Source of the DNA: a virus
Lineage: Duplodnaviria > Caudoviricetes
Virus record (IMG/VR): IMGVR_UViG_3300020005_000015
Location: 1 to 43,409 of that record
DNA: 43,409 nucleotides
Direction: 5' to 3' (one strand)
Below are positions 36,666 to 43,409 of this stretch, in pieces; position 1 is the stretch's first letter, and each line of letters starts with the position of its first letter. The notes below the pieces were generated by a model that had not been told where the DNA came from, did not search any database, and was given only the letters and a program-made list of their open reading frames with translations. The translations under genes and the position numbers were made by a program.

Positions 36666-38777
36666 ATGATCGCCACGACGTTCAACTTCGGCGGCGCGAT
36701 CGGCGAGCTGTCCGTCTTCCTGCTTGTCGATCCGCCGAACTGGCTTCAGCCGCTCAAAAGCACCTTCACGATCCTCCAGGGCGGCGCCGTCGGCCTCAGC
36801 AACCGCGAGACGCGTCGAGCACACTCAGCCACCCTCCGGGCCTCTCTCGAGTACCAATCCACCCGATCCGGCGCTGATGCCCGCCAATTGATCGGCGCAC
36901 TGCGGACCTTGCCGGTCGGGCCACCACCGCCTGTGCTGTGTCCGTTCTGGCCGGCAGCAGTCCGTTGGATTGATCCCATTCCCGCCGCCGCCCTTTACCT
37001 GGTCTGGAAAGAAGATTGGACCCAATGGGAGATTTATAGTGCCCCGACCGGTGAGGTCCCCGTGTGGCCGGACTCAGATCCCGGCGAGGTCCTGGTCGCG
37101 CCGCTGCTCTGGGGCCGGCTCGCCAAGCGCGACACTACCTGGACCTCCACTGACACGCTCACTTTCGACGTGCAGTTCGTCGAGGACGGCCCCGCGGATT
37201 ACGCGCTCGTGCCGCCAGCCGCGGACTTTGCCGCCGGCCCATTGCCACCAGCCGGCTACACCACTGCACCCAGGCTGTTGCCTTACCGCGCCAACTTCGT
37301 CGGTATCGAGGATTCGGTTGCGCTCAATGTGCTGCGTGAAAGCATAGGCTTCGGCCGCCAGCAAGCGCAGACCTACTATCCGCAAGCAGCGCATCGGGCA
37401 TTCAAGCTGCCGTACTTTCTGGAGGGGCAATCCGCCGCATTTCAATTCCTGCGCTTCTTTCTGGACCATGCCGGACCTGGCGCATCGTTCTGGACACCTG
37501 GCTGGATGAGCGCCGCGCGCCTCACAGCCGACGTGGCCGTCGCCGACACCGTTCTCCAGGTAGCCGACACCAACAGCCTCAAGGTCGGCGATTACATCGC
37601 GCTGCTGAATAGTGGGGCAGGCATCCTGCCTGCCATCGTGTCGGCCCTCGCCGACACGACCGTCACACTCCTCGCGCCCATCGGCGCCGATCACCTCGCC
37701 TCCGACAGCATCGTCACACCGTTGCTCCTGGTCCGCCTGGACAAGCCCACGCTCCAGATCGACTGGCAAAATCCGCACGCCGCCGCCGCGACGCTGCAAC
37801 TGATCGAGCTGCCCGCCGAGTACGTGCCGGCGAGCGGTGAGACGATCGGGGAAACGCTCGGTCAACTTGGTGGCCCGACCGGCCAGGTCAGATGTTACCT
37901 CTACGAATTCACGCGCGACCTGGGCGGGGAGACAATCACAGACCGCTACACCAGCTACGAGGTGGACGTCATCCTGGGAGAGGACACTTACGCGGCCGCA
38001 CAGATCGAACACGGCGACATCCTGCAGGGGATCGCGCTCGAACAAGACGCCGTCCAGGTGACCGCTAGCAGTAGTAGTAGTGGCACGGGCGTCCCGCCCG
38101 TGAGTCCCCTATTGCTGTTCGCCACGCTGAAGATGGAAGCTCCGCTGAAGCTGACAATCCGCCAGGCTGAGTGTGGCACAGGCATCCTGCCTGTGACTGC
38201 GACCGACGCCGATGTCCTCTTCGTCGGCGAGATCGCCTCGGTAAAAATCCAAGGCTCCAAGATCACGGCTAAAGCCGTCACCGCCAGCACCGTATTCGAT
38301 CGGAAGATTCCCCGCTTTTATCTGCAGGTGCCGTGCAATCACGCCCTGTTCTCGCCCGGCTGCGGCCTGGACAAAGACGATTGGCAGTTCACTGCTCAGG
38401 CCCTCATTGCGCCCTCAGCCGCATACCCGTTCGCAGTCTCGCTCCATTCGTTGGCCGGGCCGGACGTGGACTTTGCCGAGCATTGGTTCTCGGGTGGCTG
38501 GATCGAGTTCGGTACCGGCGCGGCCTTACAGCGCCGTGCGATCCTGAACAGCACGGATGTCACCGTCGGCGCGCTGACGGTATGGCTGAACCGGCCATTC
38601 GATCCGTTGCCCGAAGCCGATGATGAACTGGCGCTCTGGCCCGGCTGCGATCTGCGCGCCGAGACCTGCCAGGACAAGTTCGATAATTACCTCAACTACG
38701 GCGGGCATCCGTTCCTGCCCGCCGCCAATCCCAGTCTGATCAAGCTCAGCCAACCCGTGGCGGGAGGGAAGAAGTGA
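36666..38777 (+). CDS. Fused distal-tail / baseplate hub protein (GTA- or gpL-like C-terminus)
   Basis: PCNHALFSPGCG and GCDLRAETCQDKFDNYLNYGGHPF Cys cluster. Confidence 0.8.
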   Translation: MIATTFNFGGAIGELSVFLLVDPPNWLQPLKSTFTILQGGAVGLSNRETRRAHSATLRASLEYQSTRSGADARQLIGALRTLPVGPPPPVLCPFWPAAVRWIDPIPAAALYLVWKEDWTQWEIYSAPTGEVPVWPDSDPGEVLVAPLLWGRLAKRDTTWTSTDTLTFDVQFVEDGPADYALVPPAADFAAGPLPPAGYTTAPRLLPYRANFVGIEDSVALNVLRESIGFGRQQAQTYYPQAAHRAFKLPYFLEGQSAAFQFLRFFLDHAGPGASFWTPGWMSAARLTADVAVADTVLQVADTNSLKVGDYIALLNSGAGILPAIVSALADTTVTLLAPIGADHLASDSIVTPLLLVRLDKPTLQIDWQNPHAAAATLQLIELPAEYVPASGETIGETLGQLGGPTGQVRCYLYEFTRDLGGETITDRYTSYEVDVILGEDTYAAAQIEHGDILQGIALEQDAVQVTASSSSSGTGVPPVSPLLLFATLKMEAPLKLTIRQAECGTGILPVTATDADVLFVGEIASVKIQGSKITAKAVTASTVFDRKIPRFYLQVPCNHALFSPGCGLDKDDWQFTAQALIAPSAAYPFAVSLHSLAGPDVDFAEHWFSGGWIEFGTGAALQRRAILNSTDVTVGALTVWLNRPFDPLPEADDELALWPGCDLRAETCQDKFDNYLNYGGHPFLPAANPSLIKLSQPVAGGKK

Positions 38778-39334
38778 GTTCGGTGTCCACGCTTCAGCGT
38801 GTTCCGGACGACCGGCTAAAGCCGGGACACCAAACTTCCTGGTTCAACAGCCCAGAGCGGATCGCCGCGCTCGAACGCGAGGCTCGCCGATGGCTCGGCA
38901 CGCCATTTTTCCCCAATTCCAACACACCAGGCCCACGCGGCGGCGTGAGCTGTCAGAAGCTGGTGTCCGAGATTTACCGCGGCGTCGGCTTCTGCGACGT
39001 ACCGGTACCAGAAGTGCCAATGGCCCATGCCCGGTTCAGCCGAAGAAGTCTGATGCTGGAGTTCATGGAGAGTCGCCCGGAATTTACGCTGCTCCCATCC
39101 AACAATCCAACAATCCAACAATCCAACAATCCAACGGTGTTGCCTGGCGATCTGCTCGGCTTCCGCATCTACCAGACGGTTCACCACATGGGCATCGCGC
39201 TGGACCTAGCCGGTCGGGCCACCACGTTCATCCACGCCCTGGACGGAGTAGGCACGATCATCAGCAGCCTATGTGATGCGACCTGGTCAAGCCGCCTGGC
39301 AGCCATCTGGCGGCCAATCGCAAATCGCAAATGA
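38774..39334 (+). CDS. Tail-associated NlpC/P60 protein
   Basis: ARRWLGTPF, GVSCQKLV, PGDLLGF, HMGI, FIHA. Confidence 0.85.
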   Translation: MSSVSTLQRVPDDRLKPGHQTSWFNSPERIAALEREARRWLGTPFFPNSNTPGPRGGVSCQKLVSEIYRGVGFCDVPVPEVPMAHARFSRRSLMLEFMESRPEFTLLPSNNPTIQQSNNPTVLPGDLLGFRIYQTVHHMGIALDLAGRATTFIHALDGVGTIISSLCDATWSSRLAAIWRPIANRK

Positions 39335-39531
39335 GTAAATCGGCAAAGCCCAATCTGCCCGCGGACGATCCCGATCCAGCCAACATCGGCGAAGCCGATC
39401 TGTCCACCAACGAAGCCGGCACAGTGATTCCGTGGGGCTGCGGCGAGTTCAAGGTTGCGCTGCGCTGGATCAGCCCGGCCTATAACCAGTTCACTCGCGA
39501 GGCGCCCGAAGAAAGGCCGGGGAAGAAATGA
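39331..39531 (+). CDS. Small tail-tip assembly protein
   Basis: STNEAGTVIPWGCGE motif; position after NlpC/P60. Confidence 0.6.
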   Translation: MSKSAKPNLPADDPDPANIGEADLSTNEAGTVIPWGCGEFKVALRWISPAYNQFTREAPEERPGKK

Positions 39532-39573
39532 GTGGGACAGGCTTCCAGCCTGTCATCCCCAAGAAAGACTTCA

Positions 39574-40023
39574 ATGAGCGAAGCCGAAATCTGGCACTGT
39601 GCTCACACTCGAAAGTGTGGTTGGAAAGGCCCCTACGAGGGACTGCTACAGTTACCAGATACTGAGATGGTGCGGGGCGTGAAAGCGACAAAAGGGGTTT
39701 GCCCGAAGTGCGGCAACGACTCGTTCTATGTCCGCAAGCCAATCCCTGACCTGTTGGATTGCGTGCGCGAAATCGTGGAAGCCAACAAGACCGAGCTGGC
39801 CAAAATCTCCTCCAGCGACTGGTGGAAGGGCCGGCCTGAACAGTTTGTCGGCGCGCACACAAACACCGTGGCCAAGAAACTCCGGAAGCCGCAATGGCAA
39901 GCGCGTTATTGGCTCACCAAACTCGAAGCGGACGGGATGCTCATCTCCCATCGAACGTCCGGCGGGACTACGCGGTGGTACCCGGCGCAGCCCATCAACA
40001 ATCAACCCTCAACCATCAACTAA
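39574..40023 (+). CDS. Zn-ribbon plus FaeA/PapI-like winged-helix protein (inserted moron)
   Basis: CAHTRKCGW, CPKCGNDSFY; TVAKKL..PQWQARYWLTKLEADG. Confidence 0.6.
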   Translation: MSEAEIWHCAHTRKCGWKGPYEGLLQLPDTEMVRGVKATKGVCPKCGNDSFYVRKPIPDLLDCVREIVEANKTELAKISSSDWWKGRPEQFVGAHTNTVAKKLRKPQWQARYWLTKLEADGMLISHRTSGGTTRWYPAQPINNQPSTIN

Positions 40024-40026
40024 CCG

Positions 40027-43000
40027 ATGGGCAAAAAAGACGGCGGCTCAGCAGGCAAAGCCCACGACTACTTCGGCAGCATCGCCGGCATCGTCTGCGC
40101 CGGTCCGGTGGACGAACTGGTCGCCGTCATCATCGACGGCAAACTCGCCTGGCCGTCGGCGCCGATCTGGGAGTCGGGCAAGGCTTACGCAGTCAGCGAC
40201 CTGGTCCATTACGCATTCCGCGTGTGGCGCTGCACTACGGCACACACGTCGGACGGCAACGCGCCGCCCGACCCGACCAAATGGACCAGCTACAGCGTCG
40301 CCCGTGCGGACCAGCCAAACCCTTACCCATTCAGCATCGAGAAGTGGGGCCAGGCGTACTTGTACTGGGGCACCGCCGACCAGGTGCTGGATCACACACC
40401 GGCGTCTGGCAGTGTCGCTACGTTCAGCCGCGTGCGTGTGGCGAACGTGGCCACGATCGTCACCGCGGCCGCGCACGGGCTAAGCAGCGGACAGCTTGTC
40501 CGGATCAGCGGCTTCAGCGAGGTCGTCCTGGTGGCCACAGGCCACGGCTTCGTGTATCAGAACGTTGGCGCTGGCTTCAACGCGGCTGAAGTCGTGGTCA
40601 CAGTCATCGACGCCACTACGTTCACCTACGCAAATGCCGGCGCCAGTCGGCCCCTCTCAGTGGATGGGAACGGCTTGGTTGAACCCTTACCCATCATCGA
40701 GGCCGGTGAACAGACTCTGTTCACCAACGGGCATCCGCCGTACCGCCGGCAGGCCGTCTTGGTCCTCAAGGATTTTCTCTTCGGCCGCGAGCGCACCACT
40801 GCGCCCAATGTCGAGGTGGTGGTCCGCCGCAAGCCAAACCAAACCGTTATCGACGGCGATGCGGCCGCATTGGATGCCGATGGCCAGGCCAACCCCAAAT
40901 GCGTCGAAGCCGATCTGTTGACCGATCCGGTCTTTGGCTTGGCGCAGCCCGATTCATTCTGTGATGCCGCAACCTGGCAAGCTCTGGCTGATGAGTTCGC
41001 TGCCGACTCCGCTCGCACTTACATCTCACCTGTGTTGGACCGCGCCCAGACTGCCCGATCGCTCCTGGCCAATCTCCTCGCTTACTACGACGGCTGGGCG
41101 AGGTTCAACGCCGCCGGCGCAGTCCAAGCCGGCCATTTCCTCCACGATGCCGCCCCGCCGGCATTCACGGCCGCCACAACAATTGACTACCACGACCTGG
41201 TCGAAGAGATCGCCTGGGACGCCAATGGCTGGCCGGACACAGCGAACCAGACCTACGTGCGATTCAGCAACCGCGATCGCGCGTTCAAGGCTGACTCCGC
41301 GCCTTTCGTCAGCTCGTGGAACATGGCTGTCACCGGTGAGCCGCGCCCGCTCACCATCGAGCGCCCATTCATCACGCGTCCGCAACAGGCCAGCACGCAC
41401 GCGGCGGAATGGGGCAAGGTCGCCGCCGAGCCTGGCATCGCCGGCACGCTCGTTGTCCGGGCCGAGAAAGCCAGCAGCATCAAGCCAGGCGATCTGTTCC
41501 TCCTCACGCACGACGCCGTGGCCATGTCGATTGTCTGCCGCTGCACGCAGAAGACTCTCGCCAAACCTCCGGCCGGCCGCGTCACACTGCGCTTCCAGAG
41601 CGAGCGCGCCATCGGCCAGATCCCGTACCAACCCACGCGCGCTGAGCCAGGCGGCTCGGCGTTTCCGATGCCCGAGGAAATCGAGATGTTCCAAATCGTG
41701 CAACCGCCGCCGGCATTGGTTGGCGGGGAAGATTCCGCGATCGTGCTCCTGGCGGCACGCACTTCGGCGCTGACTATAGGTCTGCGCCCATGGCTCAGGC
41801 GGGATGATGCCGACCTGTTCTTCCCACTGGGCGAGCAACGGCAATGGGCGGTGTATGGCACGTTGAGCCAGGACTACGACCTGCCTGCATCGAGCGCGAC
41901 GGCCTCGCGCGCACGGGATGACGACGTGGCCACCATCGTCACCGCCGCTGCGCACGGCCTGAGCAGCGGGCAACACGTCCAAATCACCGGCCTCGGCGGC
42001 GCTGATTATGAGGCCGCGGACGTTGCCGTGACTGTGGTGGATGCCACGACATTCACCTACGCGAATGAGGGAGCGGACGAGAGCACCACGGCGGATACTG
42101 ACGGCACAGTCATCCCGCTGGATGACGACGATTCGGAGACGCTCCAGATCGATCTCGACCCGCGCGTGCGGCAGCCGGACCTGGACAAGATCAGCCAGAC
42201 CCAAACCGCTGACGCGATCAACGACGCCAATGTATTGGTGTGGGTGTTCGACGCGGGCGACCCGACGCAATTCGAAATCATGGCCCTGAAGGCAATTCGC
42301 CTCGATGCTGGCGTCTACAAACTGCAAATCCGGCGCGGTCGATTCGGCAGCGTCAAACGAGCCTTCAGCGCCGACGATCACATGTTTATCTTGTTCCGCG
42401 GCGACCTTGTTCCCTACAGCGCCGACAAGTTTGCTGCCTACGTCCAGACAGGCGCCACAGCGACGTTGCGACTGCAGAGTTTCAACGCCGCTGGCGAAGC
42501 CGATCTGTCCGACCCGGACATTTGCCCGGACATCGAGTTCACCTTCATCGATCCGTACGCTCCATCCGCCTCGTGGCAGCTATTGCGCGTCAACGGCGCT
42601 GATCTCAGCGACTTCACCCTTACCTATCTGCCGACTGACAAGTTCGAGTTCACCTTCGAGCTGCGAGACGCAAATGCCGATCTTGCGGATGCGCGGCTGG
42701 TCGCGCGGCTGGGCGCGATGGAACTGCTGCTCTGGGAACAAGCTTTCCAGGCTTCGGGCACTCAGGTGCGCTCGACGAGTCCATTCAGCCTGCCGCTTGA
42801 CGGTGAATGGAGAATCCTATTGATCGTCCGGGACGCAACCCAGCGCGTCGTCGAAGTGCCACTGACGGCGGTTGGCGGGGGAGACGAAGTGAGCCTACAG
42901 ATATTGGCCATTGCCGGCACTGTAGTAGCGACCCCTATCGCCAAGCCATGGGGGCGCGCTTACCTCGCGTACCCCAAGACTGTGGTCCTGACGTGCAGCA

Positions 43001-43209
43001 CCGCAGGCGCAACGATCGAGTACCAAAACGTGGCGCTGTACGGGCCGCTGGGAGGTTGGGAGACCTACTCTGGACCGATCAGTGTGTGGCGGAACCGGAC
43101 CATATACGCCAGGGCGCGCAAGGCAGGAATGACGGACAGCGCCGTGATCGTGGAGCACTACTGGTACGAGTACGAGGGAGGAGGCGGTGGAAGGTACCAG
43201 CCGGTATGA
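40027..43209 (+). CDS. Tail tip / host-specificity protein
   Basis: CAGPVDELVAVIIDGK N-terminus; IKPGDLFLL; inserted carbohydrate-binding-like and duplicated beta modules. Confidence 0.85.
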   Translation: MGKKDGGSAGKAHDYFGSIAGIVCAGPVDELVAVIIDGKLAWPSAPIWESGKAYAVSDLVHYAFRVWRCTTAHTSDGNAPPDPTKWTSYSVARADQPNPYPFSIEKWGQAYLYWGTADQVLDHTPASGSVATFSRVRVANVATIVTAAAHGLSSGQLVRISGFSEVVLVATGHGFVYQNVGAGFNAAEVVVTVIDATTFTYANAGASRPLSVDGNGLVEPLPIIEAGEQTLFTNGHPPYRRQAVLVLKDFLFGRERTTAPNVEVVVRRKPNQTVIDGDAAALDADGQANPKCVEADLLTDPVFGLAQPDSFCDAATWQALADEFAADSARTYISPVLDRAQTARSLLANLLAYYDGWARFNAAGAVQAGHFLHDAAPPAFTAATTIDYHDLVEEIAWDANGWPDTANQTYVRFSNRDRAFKADSAPFVSSWNMAVTGEPRPLTIERPFITRPQQASTHAAEWGKVAAEPGIAGTLVVRAEKASSIKPGDLFLLTHDAVAMSIVCRCTQKTLAKPPAGRVTLRFQSERAIGQIPYQPTRAEPGGSAFPMPEEIEMFQIVQPPPALVGGEDSAIVLLAARTSALTIGLRPWLRRDDADLFFPLGEQRQWAVYGTLSQDYDLPASSATASRARDDDVATIVTAAAHGLSSGQHVQITGLGGADYEAADVAVTVVDATTFTYANEGADESTTADTDGTVIPLDDDDSETLQIDLDPRVRQPDLDKISQTQTADAINDANVLVWVFDAGDPTQFEIMALKAIRLDAGVYKLQIRRGRFGSVKRAFSADDHMFILFRGDLVPYSADKFAAYVQTGATATLRLQSFNAAGEADLSDPDICPDIEFTFIDPYAPSASWQLLRVNGADLSDFTLTYLPTDKFEFTFELRDANADLADARLVARLGAMELLLWEQAFQASGTQVRSTSPFSLPLDGEWRILLIVRDATQRVVEVPLTAVGGGDEVSLQILAIAGTVVATPIAKPWGRAYLAYPKTVVLTCSTAGATIEYQNVALYGPLGGWETYSGPISVWRNRTIYARARKAGMTDSAVIVEHYWYEYEGGGGGRYQPV

Positions 43210-43354
43210 CGACCCGCGGAGCAATGCAGCGCCACCGCGGCTTACGTGCAGCCACACTGCCGGGCGGCTGCATTGCCTGGGAGCCGGCTTACTTTACCCT
43301 TTCAAAGGGTGCGTCGTCGCTACACCTTGGCGGGTGTGCCAAAGCGTCACCGCG

Positions 43355-43405
43355 ACCCTTTGCAGTTATTTCGTGCACCCTTTTCAATCATTTCGCGTCG
43401 TTACA
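43355..43405 (-). repeat. Right end: two tandem 21-bp transposase-binding-like sites and terminal CA
   Basis: ACCCTTTGCAGTTATTTCGTG (43355-43375), ACCCTTTTCAATCATTTCGCG (43377-43397), then TCGTTACA. Confidence 0.8.
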
Positions 43406-43409
43406 TCCC

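Larger units (their letters stand above)
2742..39554. repeat. REP-like palindromes, families G/H/I/J
   Basis: G (GTGGGACAGGCTTCCAGCCTGTC): 28580, 29251, 30990, 33776, 36635, 39532; variants 37612, 38080, 38173; inverted about 2743 and 5637. H (GGAGCGCCGGCCTCCGGC): 22321, 25334, 27992; inverted 5611, 5769. I (TTGGWGTCCCGCCTTCAGGCGG type): 21780-21842, 23228, 24347, 24932 (inverted), 38776-38835. J (CCCTCACCCC...CCCTCTCCCAWTGGGAGAGGGG...GGGTGAGGG): 18443-18494, 22459-22509. Confidence 0.9.
5735..40021. repeat. Families D/E/F: octamer (AATCCAnn)n, heptamer (CCATCAA)n and heptamer (GATTTAC)n arrays
   Basis: D: 7427-7480, 9197-9213, 21870-21904, 26132-26162, 27737-27818, 28144-28166, 29453-29484, 30049-30139, 39097-39135. 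E: 5735-5764, 16498-16527, 31316-31345, 39992-40021. F: 24285-24318, about 39316-39341. Confidence 0.85.
4..43405 (+). mobile_element. Mu-like transposable (pro)phage, siphovirus-type tail, probably complete
   Basis: MuA/MuB/Gam-like genes, Mu-type portal/gpG/protease/gp36/gp37 order, no sheath gene; TGT at 4-6, ACA at 43403-43405; shared terminal binding-site repeats. Left boundary less certain than right. Confidence 0.9.

Noticed and set aside
40440-42070. Duplicated segment in the tail tip as a DGR template/variable repeat pair
   Set aside because: Both copies are in frame in one gene, differences are not adenine-specific, and no reverse transcriptase is present.
43210-43345. mom/gin-type genes or a terminator at the right end
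   Set aside because: No credible ORF; several GC hairpins but none with a clear U-tract.

Overview
The window looks like an essentially complete ~43.4 kb Mu-like (transposable) siphophage or prophage, running from about TGT at 4 to ACA at 43405, with repeated 21-bp transposase-binding-like sites at both ends. Left to right it holds: BRO-N remnant and lipoprotein; a divergent switch of two ribbon-helix-helix proteins; O-like and ParB-like early genes; MuA-like DDE transposase, MuB-like ATPase, Gam, DnaB; a displaced MuF-metallopeptidase; a small accessory array; holin and spanins (no endolysin found); terminase, portal, protease/scaffold, capsid; and a non-contractile tail with a G/GT frameshift, tape measure, hub, NlpC/P60 and tip. 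The host is probably PVC group (Verrucomicrobiota); this is inference from protein style and repeat types. Three features stand out. (1) A two-attC integron-type cassette array with no integrase, where the attC sites supply the start codons of the downstream ORFs. (2) About 55-60 copies (hand count) of about ten families of short tandem or palindromic repeats. They sit at gene junctions as translated ATGA-to-ATGA mini-ORFs, nest inside one another, insert in frame in core genes, and in one case exist as an empty and a cargo-filled version. No cognate enzyme is encoded here. (3) Several genes inside the head and tail operon carry Sec or Tat signal peptides, and two are strongly Thr-Asn rich. 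All calls come from motif recognition by eye; no searches were run.
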